This document shows positions 26,751-36,354 of a DNA stretch of 59,213 nucleotides, piece by piece (position 1 is the first letter of the stretch; every line of letters starts with the position of its first letter). The position numbers were made by a program, and so were the translations under genes. Location: positions 1-59,213 of the forward strand of contig CDROCS010004439.1 of NCBI GenBank assembly GCA_977020255.1, read 5' to 3'. The stretch comes from Obrimoposthia wandeli. Lineage: Eukaryota. The notes beneath the pieces were generated by a model, which saw only the letters and a list, made by a program, of their open reading frames with translations, ran no database searches and was not told the origin of the DNA.

Positions 26751-28104
26751 ATGTTCACATGTAAGTTTATTTTTGATTTTTTAAAACTATCATTTATCAT
26801 AGATAATTTCAAATCATTTAAAAATAAAATTAAAAATAACTTTTCGGTAGATGTATTTACATCACCAAACATAGATAATTTCAAATCATTTAAAAATAAA
26901 ATTAAAAATAACTTTTCGGTAGATGTATTTACATCATCAAACATACTTTGTGAAAGTAATGATAAGGTTAGGTCACCGGACACTGTTAGTACGTCCTCAG
27001 AATTTTTCTTTAAACATGAGGATTTTGGTAACATCACCACCAAATTTTCGTCACTTACCCGTATTGATGCAGTAGTTAGGTTCTTTCTGCCCACTTATGG
27101 TGCCGTTTGGTTGTCAGTAGATCCTAAACCACTACGATCATCATTAACACTTGGTGACTATAGAACTGGTTTGGTAACTGAAGTTATCATTCATCAAAAA
27201 CTTATAGGAGGTGATGATACTAATGCCTTGTCACTTGGTGACACCGCCTTAAGTTTTTTTCTAGATTCAAACGGTTCTCTTTCGTGTTGGTTTTCAATAC
27301 TAGAATCTCGATTTACGGCGCTGAACGTCACAAATCAGATGTCGAAAGTACATCGCACTTTACCCTTACTCACCGTTTAAAGTACTACAGAGTATTTCTA
27401 TGTCTTTGTCAGACGTTTTTGAAAATAAGGAACCTTTTACTGAACTGAAACGACTTATAGAATTTAAATATAAACCCTCATTTGATTCAGTATTTATTAA
27501 ATATTTCGGTTCACAATCACTTGGTGCAAAATCTCCTTCTGCATTCCTTAACACTGCAATCTCTGATTTAGAAACGCTACATCCCGGCATAACCAAAGAA
27601 AACAATAATAATTTGTGGCGCAAATTGTTCATTCAAGCACTGCCAAAAATGGCACAAGCAATTCTTGCTGGTAATGAGATGGTAGGTGATATCAAAATTC
27701 TTGCAAACTTGGCAGATCGCATCGTCACGAATTTAGAGCCTACGAAACCAGTATTTGCAATAAAGAGTGACATCGCAGAACCACAAGCATTAGATACTCT
27801 TACCAGTGTTATTTCGGCATTAGCAGATAAGGTATCACGTTTGGAAACTGAAATGACATCACATCGTTCACGATCTCCGCAACGTTCACGTAGCGCTTCT
27901 AGAGATCCTACTTTATGTTATTTCCATTATAAGTTTGGAAATGATGCTAGGAAATGTAACTTAGGCTGTGGTTGGAGACATAAGTCAGATAAACTTTTCA
28001 TTTTAGACACGTGCATCTATCACGCAAAATATAGAATTGACGCTAAGAAATGTTATCCAGGTTGTAAGTTCCAAACAGATAATTCTATTTCCTCAAAAAA
28101 CTAG
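26751..28104 (+). pseudogene. gag: Gypsy gag with two CHCC zinc fingers
   Basis: WFSILESRF..; a frameshift near 27352 joins to ORF 27400-28104 (LGAKSPSAFL; CYFHYKFGNDARKCNLGC and CIYHAKYRIDAKKCYPGC). A 72-bp tandem duplication lies at 26798-26941. Confidence 0.85.
28095..28101 (+). other. -1 ribosomal frameshift slippery site A AAA AAC
   Basis: Canonical X XXY YYZ heptamer in gag phase directly before the gag stop. The protease ORF is in the -1 frame. Confidence 0.8.
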
Positions 28105-31052
28105 TATCACCTTCGGTTACGACCGCAAACTCGCAAGGTGACTTATCATGCGGCATTTTTACTTCCCATGCTACTTTAACAGACTCCAATATCAATAGCT
28201 TAGAATTTCTCATTGATACAGGTTCAGCCATTTCGGCACTACCTATGTCCTTATATCCTACATTCCGCATGACCGACAGAATATTAGTTGCTGCAAATGG
28301 TACCACCGTTCATACTTATGGAACTACTACACTTCAATTTAGTCTTCAAGATATATCCACATCATTTAGTTGGACATTTACCATTGCCAACGTAACTCGT
28401 CCAATTTTAGGATCCGACTTTTTCTCTCATTATCGTCTACTAGTCGACTGTCATAACCAATGCGTACTCCACCCGACAGCACATGCAATTCCTCTGCCGA
28501 ACATCGAAATCAATATGCTTAACAAATTAACTGTCCAAAATTCTACTGCTTACATTACGGAACATTTTCCTAGACTTATTCATCGAACTACAGACATACA
28601 AAGCTCTGTTGAATCTTAACATCACATTATTACCTCACAATGCGCACCTGTTGGCCAACGTCGACGTGAATTGTCCCAAGAAAGAAGACTGCTATGTGAA
28701 GAGCAATTCTTACAACTTGAAAAAGATGAGATCATCAGACGTTCATCTTCTCCATGGGCTTCTCCACTACAAATTGTCCACAATAAAGATGGTACTTTGC
28801 GCATATGTGGCGATTATCGTGGTGTAAACAAAGTCACTATCCCTGATTCATATCCAATGCCTCTAATCAGCGATATCATTCAACGCTTTAACAAATGCAC
28901 AGTATTTTCGTCCATTGATTTAGTGAAAGCATATCATCAAATTCCGATGGAAAGTTCGTCGATAGAGAAAACAGCTGTCACCACTCCATTTGGACTATTC
29001 GAATATCTTCGAATGCCATTTGGACTTCGCAACGCGTCCCAAACGTTTCAACGGCATATAGATAGGGTCCTGCAAAATTTACCATATACAACGGCATATA
29101 TTGATGATATCATCATTGCATCGCCTAACGCTGAGGTACATAAAGTTCACCTTGAAGCAACACTCTCGCGACTAAATGAGCACAATCTACAGATTAAAAT
29201 GGCTAAATGTAACTTTTTTGCTTCACATGTAGAATTTTTAGGATACAATATTTCATCCCATGGTATTCAACCATTACCAAGTCGACTTTCTGCAATAAGA
29301 AACTTCCCTAAACCATCTACTACTACTGAACTACGCAGCTTCTTGGGAATGATCAATTTCTGCCGTAGATTTTTACCAAATCTATCTGGCAAACTTGCAA
29401 CCTTAACTACACTTTCCACTGGCAAGAAGCGTGCAAATATACAGTGGCCTGATAATGCTAACAACGCATTTTTACAAATAAAGGAAGAGTTAGTTGAAGT
29501 TACAACACTTAAATTCCCAGACAAGGATCTTACACTTACCACCGACGCTTCTAATGTCGCTATAATGATGCTTGCACAAATCAAACAAGACATTTCTGAA
29601 CCTCTTGAATTCTTTTCTCGTAAACTTTCGGTTGCACAAACCAGGTATTCCGCATTCGATCGAGAATAGTTAGGAATATACCTTTCTGTAAAGCATTTCG
29701 AACATCTTATTATTGGAAGGCATGTGATAATCTACACTGATCATAAACCTTTGATACATGCACTCACAAAAAAAAACTCCCAAACAACAGCGCCACATCA
29801 GCTACTTATCAGAGTTTGACATTGACATACGTCACATTTCTGGTGCAGAAAACATAGTGGCTGACTGTTTTTCACGGATTGAAATCGACTCAATTGATTT
29901 CGAGCCAATGTTATCACAAGATGTACTTGTGGAAAACCCTCCATCATCTGGAGACATATAATTATTTCAGACACCGCCTACCTTGAGAAATGGTATCTAC
30001 TATGACTATACTCTCAGCGGTTGTACTAGACTGGTGATAGGATTAAAATTACGCATTGATGTTTTTAAGGCAATCCATGCAATAACTCATGCAGGATTTC
30101 GTGCTACCTATGAACAAATCAAAACCAGAGTAGTTTGGCTCTTTATGCGAAAAGATATAAAGAATTGGTGCAAATCTTGTTTAGCATGTCAAGCCAATAA
30201 AGTCGTGAAACATACTAAACCACCAATTTTACAATTTCCAACAGGCAGCAGATTTGATACAGTACATATCGACATTGTAGGACCACTACCACCATCGAGA
30301 GGGTACACTTATTTACTAACTATGATTGATTGAAAAACTCGTTGGCCCGAAGCGTTTCCAATTCGTACAATATCAGCGCAAACTGTTGCTGACATCTTCA
30401 TAGCAAATTGGGTTGCCAGATTTGGTGTCCCGAAACGTGTTATTACAGATCAAGGCACCCAGTTTGAATCGGCGCTTTTCACATCACTAATAAAGCGTAT
30501 AGGGTCACAAAAAATTCGCACAACAGCATTTCATCCACAATCCAATGGTCTTATAGAACGATTCCACATAACGTTAAAGAATTCATTTAGATCACTTTCT
30601 GTTAACCACTATTGGATTCTTGCACTACCTTATGTGTTATTAGGATGGCGCAACATTATCAGCAGCAGACATGGCGCTTCTCCTGTTCAAATGCTATTTG
30701 GGTGTAACACCAATCTAATTGATGAAATATTTTTTGGCAACAACCCGTTAGATGATGTTCATGCGCAACGTGTCAGGGAACATTTTAAAACGCTGGACAC
30801 TACACCTACTACAAAATCTAGTCTGAATATATATGTACCAAAAGAGCTAAAAAACGCTAAGTATGTTTGGTTACAACGGGAATCTCCTACTTCCTTGCAG
30901 GCCAGATATTCTGGTCCTTTTCTTCTTTTACATAGCAATTTCGACAATAACACAGCAGTAATACTTGTAAACGATAAACAACGTACCGTAAACGTTTGTA
31001 AAATTAAACCTGCCTCGCATATAGATGACGACACGTGCTGTGGAGCCCTATA
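28101..31052 (+). pseudogene. pol: Gypsy pol (PR-RT-RNaseH-INT)
   Basis: FLIDTGSA; SPWASPL..ICGDYR; YIDDIII; TTDAS; TDHKPL; HAITH..CKSC; HIDIVGPLP; ITDQGTQFES. In-frame stops at about 28617, 29667 and 30331, and a frameshift near 29770. Confidence 0.95.
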
Positions 31053-31267
31053 AATTAATAAACATGTAACCTTTTCACCTTGGTGTACAATTTTCGGTGA
31101 ACAAACCTTACTAAAAACTTTCATTTAACATGCTTAATTTTAACTTTCATAATCTTTCATTAAATTAAATACTAAGTATAATTATATGTATATTTGATAG
31201 TGTTAAGAGATTGAGAATAGCTTCTTTTTAAATATTCCTTTTCGCTCCGCTACTTAGGTGGGGGCTA

Positions 31268-31602
31268 TGTAGTGAATTCATGTTTTGTAGTTACTTAATT
31301 AGCTTAAGTAATTGGTTGCATAATTATTCAATAAAATTATATAATTACGCAACAAACAAACCGTTTTATTTTATTTCGTTTTTAATTAATCTTTCAAATC
31401 CAACATGGTCAGCTGCAACAACGACTTCTCAAGCTAATCCGGCAGCATGGTCTATTTCTGCCAATGAACTATATTACAATTATTACCAAACTATATCTCC
31501 AGCAGTTACCACTATTTCAACTACTACTCAAACTCAAACTCAAACTGTGGAATTTAATCAAGACATAATATCACATATAATTAAATATATGCTTACACTA
31601 CA
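31268..31602 (+). repeat. 3' LTR (335 bp) preceded by polypurine tract AGGTGGGGG
   Basis: Matches the 5' LTR apart from one indel and a few substitutions. Confidence 0.95.
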
Positions 31603-31844
31603 CCTTATGTCCTTCTTTCCATTTTAATAAATGAAAGAAATTAGTTAGATATAAATTAATACATTTTTTCTTATAATCTAAACTTTTAAACGGGATATCT
31701 ATTTGAAATATGAAATGCAAAGGATGAAAAACGTCGTATACATCCATAATACATAATTCTTTTTTAATATAATCACCATTTTTGTTAACGAAAGCCTCAA
31801 AATAGTTAATCAAAAATTTATTAAAATAACAAAGTACTCAGGAT

Positions 31845-32065
31845 TCATTTTTTCATGTTAAGATTGGTATATATTGTCAATTCTCCTATGAATATTAAAA
31901 AAATTATATTAAATGTAAACATACCTAAATATTTCGAAATTAAATTACATATTTTATCTCCAACAATTTCCGGAGTATCATTTTCTGAGAAGAAATTTTT
32001 TTATAATCTTTTTTATAATCTGTAGATAATTTAATGTATAATTTATTCCAATTTTTATTTTCCAT
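31845..32065 (-). pseudogene. Small Maverick ORF with a 39-nt GT-AG intron (31924-31886)
   Basis: MENKNWNKLY..PEIVGDKICNLISKYLG|ELTIYTNLNMKK*. Its stop overlaps the ATG of the next gene (ATGA), and it has one frameshift. Confidence 0.45.
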
Positions 32066-32529
32066 GTTAAAAAAACATTATATATAAAATTGTTTATATT
32101 TAGACAATTATGTAACATAAAATTAATCAATGAAGGACAAAACAATAATATTCAAAAAATTAATTTTTTTGTGGAAAGATCCTCTTCAGGTTTAATCTGG
32201 GGGATTCTCTTTCTTTCAGCTAGCCGATTGTCCTCCATCTCCTCTATTTTTTTTCATCCAGTTTCTTTTTTTTCCAATTCTATCTTTTTGTTCCACTCCA
32301 CGATCCGACGTCCTTCTGCTAGCCGCCTGTACTGAAATGGGAACAAAGTTGCCTATGTGCAAAATTGAACGTGCTCATATTTCTATGTTTTAAACATTTC
32401 ACGTAATAAATTGTAATCAGTTTTACTATGTTTATTTCATTTGGCAATTAATAATCAGTTTTATTTTTTTTAATATTTGTATCTTATATGTATTTTTTTA
32501 TAAACTTTGTTTTTAATCAGTTTCCTTAT

Positions 32530-32942
32530 TTTAGAATATATTCTCTTCTGAGATGTGTAGGAAAATTTTATTATCCAGAAAGAATTTCAAAAGGAAAACT
32601 ATGTAATATATTAAAGAGGCATCAAATTATACGAGTTATGAATACTGTGAAAATATCAAAAGTGGAGAATAAATATCTCATCGAAATTTTAACAACATCT
32701 GATATTGATCAATTGAAAAATATTTTGGGATTTTACATTTCTGATTATGTATATGAAGGAAATTGTTTCCAGCTTGAAACTGATCCCAGTCTGGCTTTTA
32801 GAGATGATCTAGGATTGATTGCTCAATTCTAGATGAAGAACTATGGAATATCTCAATACGTCTCAATGGATATTTTGCTGATGACGGGAAAATGAAGCCT
32901 CTTTGGACTTTGAGTGAAGCCAATATGATGTTTAATGTTTAA
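32530..32942 (+). pseudogene. Maverick SSB-like gene B
   Basis: Homologous to 46150-46556. After a frameshift near 32815 it continues ..EELWNISIRLNGYFADDGKMKPLWTLSEA. Confidence 0.55.
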
Positions 32943-33244
32943 TAAATGTTTTGAAAAATAATTTTGACTCGTATTTTGTTTTTATCCTCTAAATTATATA
33001 GATCTATTTTTTCTCTTATAAATCTGACCTAAATATTTAACAAGTAGTAATCTAAAATCTTTCTTAAAAATAGTAGTAATATATTCACATTTGAAATCTC
33101 ATCTGCGAAAAGCCGCCGGGGCCAATATGGATTCCCGTGGTCTTTTCTAACCACATTGGTATCAAAAATGAGTTAAATATAGATATTTTTGCGTCCGGAG
33201 AACGAGAATAGAGCCCGACCCAAAGGGGCGGGCGGCGGGCGTTG

Positions 33245-33562
33245 TGATTCGGTGGGTGATTCAGTGGGTGTTTCGGTGGGGTGTTTCGGGGTGGTATGAT
33301 TCGGTGGATGGTGTGGTGATTCGGTGGGTGGTGTGTTTCGGTGGATGATTTGGTGAATGATTCGGTGGGTGTAGATGGTTCGGTGGGTGTGGATGATTCG
33401 GTGGATGTGGATGGTTCGGTGAGTGTGGATGATTCGGTGAGTGATTCGGTGGATGATTCGGTGGGTGATTCGGTGGGTGTGGATGATTCGGTAGGTGATT
33501 CAGTGGTGTGATTCGGTGGGTGGTATGGTGATTCGGTGGGTGCGGATGGTTCGGTGGGTGGT
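33245..33562. repeat. G-rich tandem array of GATTCGGTGGGT-like 12/18-bp units
   Basis: Directly visible. The array is flanked by GC-rich hairpins at 33213-33233 and 33663-33683. Confidence 0.9.
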
Positions 33563-33789
33563 TTTTTTGGGGGTATGTGTAGATGGTTAAAGTAAAAAAT
33601 ACTATAGCGCCCGAAGGGGATTTATGTTATAGTTATTATCACACCCGGAAAACTAGAATAAAGCCCGCCCCGAAGGGGAGGGCGGTGGGGGAGTGACGCG
33701 CCTCGACAGGGGCGATTTATTTTTTTAGGGGGGTTATTCCCCACCCCCTCCTATTCGTTGCTTTTTGAAATTTTCAAATTTTTTTTTTT

Positions 33790-33949
33790 TGCGTAAACAC
33801 ATGCACGAAATTTCACTCCACAAACATACACGAAATTTCACTCCACACACATGCACGAAATTTCACTCTACACACATGCACGATTTTAAAGGACAGTGGT
33901 AGCCCCCCCACGGGGAGGGGGTGGATTAGACCAGACACATCCACCTACT
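33790..33949. repeat. Maverick right terminal inverted repeat with about 24-bp direct repeats
   Basis: Its reverse complement matches 43983-44089 nearly base for base. ACACATGCACGAAATTTCACTC occurs about 3.5 times. Confidence 0.9.
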
Positions 33950-34518
33950 GTCGATCATACCCTTTTGGTCGAACTCGCCTTTTTAATATGAACTCAACCA
34001 TATACTCAAACCTTGACAATTGAAATTTGATTTCGTGTTTAGCCCGATCCCTTCATCTATGGACGACCACAACTCTTTAAATTTTGTTGGCCATCCATAG
34101 ATGACCTCAACCATACCTTCAAAGCTTGAAGTCATAACTGAGTCATACCCATTTATCTATGGACTACCACAACCCTTTAGATGTGTTGCACAACGAGATA
34201 TGACCTCAAACCTTCATAACCTTTCTCAGACAGACCCTTATGGTGTTACAAGCCTCCATTGGGCAATTACACAATCACTTCCTATATGCAGACAATCACT
34301 TCCGGTTGGTGTGCGCATACAAGTGGGTGGGGTGTACCAAGTGGGCCACAGTTCATCATTTCACCTACTTAAATAAAATTCGTTCGTTCAGTGTTTATCA
34401 AGTAGACCGATATTAAAAATCTAAGACAAAACTTTAATTAAATTTTATTTAAATATCACTTTTTGAGGCATCTAATAATAATCGTTTTGAACTATATTGT
34501 TTAATAATTAGCATTTAT

Positions 34519-36354
34519 TCATATTTTTGGTTGTTTTCTTCTGTGTTTAAATAAATTGAATACAGTTTTGCCTTTCTTTTGACCTGCATTTTTTGTTTGG
34601 GGATTAGTTATAAGCTCGTCAGCACTTTTACGAGGTTTAAAAAATTGATTATTTTTATTGACAATATACGAACAACTCTTTTCAACAGTAATGGGTGGAA
34701 GCAACGGTGGCGTATTTACTGTGTTTGTCGAATCAACTGGTGCCGCAATGTCATATATATCCTCGTCTTTTTGAGCTTCTGTACATCCCTGTTCATCAAT
34801 AGAATTTTCTGTCATCAAGTGGACGTTGTCTTGTTTCGTGGTATTACAATTTCTTGAATCAAATACCTTTGGTGCTTCTTTTCTAGCATAAATATTTTCA
34901 TAGCTCTTTATAATTGTTTCCGAGGATTCAAGTCCAATGTAGACTCCAAAATTTATCGCGTTAGGAACATCTGGTACTATTTTTGTAGTAGGGCTTTTAG
35001 AAAGATTTTCATTGCTCTTTACAATTGTTTCTGAGGATTCAGGTCCATCGTAGACTCCAAAATTTATCGAGTTAGGAACATCTGGTACTATTTTTGTAGT
35101 AGGGCTTTTAGAAAGATTTTCATTGCTCTTTACAATTGTTTCTGAGGATTCAGGTCCATCGTAGACTCCGAAATTTATCGAGTTAGGAACATCTGGTACT
35201 ATTTTTGTAGTAGGGCTTTTAGAAAGATTTTCATTGCTCTTTACAATTGTTTCTGAGGATTCAGGTCCATCGTAGACTCCAAAATTTATCGAGTTAGGAA
35301 CATCTGGTACTATTTTTGTAGTAGGGCTTTTAGAAAGATTTTCATTGCTCTTTACAATTGTTTCTGAGGATTCAGGTCCATCGTAGACTCCGAAATTAAT
35401 CGAGTTAGGAACATCTGGTGATTTTGTTTTGAAGTGTGACTGTTCAGCTGATTCTGTTTTATCCTGAGATTTATTTGGATTTATATTATGATCGCAGCCA
35501 AATTTTAGGGAATTTGACACATTTGAATCATGATTTTTAGATTCTTGCAATTCGATAGAATCTGTTTCAGTAGATTTTTTGATTGCTGTCGTATTGGCCG
35601 GTTTTTGAAGTAAGCCTAACTTAGTTTTAGAATCAGTCTTCCCACGCTGTGATTTAGGTATTACTGCTTGATATATGTCATCATCTTCCTCTTCTTTCTT
35701 GTTTTGCATAGATTTGGGTACCCCAGTTTCGCATTCATGTCCATCGTCCGATTCTTCTTTCTTTTCCTCTTCATCTGAGGTAAGCTTAACACTTATATCG
35801 CTGATTTCTAAATCTTTGGTGGAACATTTATGATGGTGTTTGATGTCTGGTTTTGATGACTTACTTTGCTGTGGTGGGGGAGGAGGAGGCCTGTCTTTAA
35901 CATTGCAATATAATTTATTTTCTGACAAGGAATCTTTTTTCAAGATTTGTGAATACTCCCGATTATCATAGTCACTATTAGATTCAAGATTATCACTGTT
36001 GAACGGATTTGCTTTTTTTTTCGATGCATCAATTTCTGGCATAGGACGCCTCTGTAGTTCCTGGTCATCAATGTTGGTCAAAGAAGAAATTTGGAAATTT
36101 GATAGAGGTTCATTTAGAATGTTTACTTTCTTTCCAACGTCATTATGAGGTTTTGCTGCATTGTTGTTTTGTGAATTTTGATTATCATTAGAAAATACGT
36201 TAGAGATTATTTGTTGTACTCCAGGTGAACTGGGTTTTTGTTTTGTCTGCGGTTTGTTTATATCTCTTTGTTTCGTTGAAGGTTTCGGAGGATAGGTGGG
36301 ACGACTGGGTGGACTTTTGGTTTCTGAAATAAATGAAGTATGACATATTTTCAT
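34519..36354 (-). CDS. Probable host low-complexity protein or large exon with Pro-rich motifs and Tyr-motif tandem repeats
   Basis: Uninterrupted 611-codon ORF in a region where nearly everything else is decayed. No recognisable globular domain. Confidence 0.7.
   Translation of the reverse strand: MKICHTSFISETKSPPSRPTYPPKPSTKQRDINKPQTKQKPSSPGVQQIISNVFSNDNQNSQNNNAAKPHNDVGKKVNILNEPLSNFQISSLTNIDDQELQRRPMPEIDASKKKANPFNSDNLESNSDYDNREYSQILKKDSLSENKLYCNVKDRPPPPPPQQSKSSKPDIKHHHKCSTKDLEISDISVKLTSDEEEKKEESDDGHECETGVPKSMQNKKEEEDDDIYQAVIPKSQRGKTDSKTKLGLLQKPANTTAIKKSTETDSIELQESKNHDSNVSNSLKFGCDHNINPNKSQDKTESAEQSHFKTKSPDVPNSINFGVYDGPESSETIVKSNENLSKSPTTKIVPDVPNSINFGVYDGPESSETIVKSNENLSKSPTTKIVPDVPNSINFGVYDGPESSETIVKSNENLSKSPTTKIVPDVPNSINFGVYDGPESSETIVKSNENLSKSPTTKIVPDVPNAINFGVYIGLESSETIIKSYENIYARKEAPKVFDSRNCNTTKQDNVHLMTENSIDEQGCTEAQKDEDIYDIAAPVDSTNTVNTPPLLPPITVEKSCSYIVNKNNQFFKPRKSADELITNPQTKNAGQKKGKTVFNLFKHRRKQPKI
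34890..35418 (-). repeat. Coding tandem repeat, 111 bp / 37 aa, 4 full copies plus 1 partial
   Basis: PDVPNSINFGVYDGPESSETIVKSNENLSKSPTTKIV repeated almost identically. Confidence 0.95.

Larger units (their letters stand above)
26311..31602 (+). mobile_element. Full-length Ty3/Gypsy LTR retrotransposon, CsRn1/Boudicca-like, decayed
   Basis: Paired LTRs TGTAGTG...CACTACA, a 5-bp TSD CCTTA (26306-26310 and 31603-31607), and gag-PR-RT-RH-INT order. Confidence 0.96.
26037..31848 (-). pseudogene. Maverick accessory gene (DEDD-exonuclease-like with C-terminal C/H motif), split by the Gypsy insertion: 31848-31603 joined to 26310-26037
   Basis: Removing 26311-31602 and one CCTTA copy gives the in-frame join ..HLLKWKEGH|KAFCEICIF..CCPYRDHGDHCAYKKC. 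The N-terminus is FEAF..YIKKELCI. Confidence 0.7.
16735..33949 (+). mobile_element. Maverick/Polinton (adintovirus-like) provirus, left part (integrase, ATPase, left TIR) missing, with nested insertions
   Basis: Penton-core-hexon-adenain on the + strand and pPolB plus accessory genes on the - strand. The terminus at 33949 reads AGTAGGTGGATG on the - strand. Confidence 0.92.

Noticed and set aside
29267-29593. 108-aa minus-strand ORF (likewise 30759-31124)
   Set aside because: These are antisense shadows of Gypsy pol.
34000-34380. 91-aa ORF in a GC-richer island after the Maverick end
   Set aside because: No frame on either strand gives a convincing motif; it is probably a retroelement scrap.
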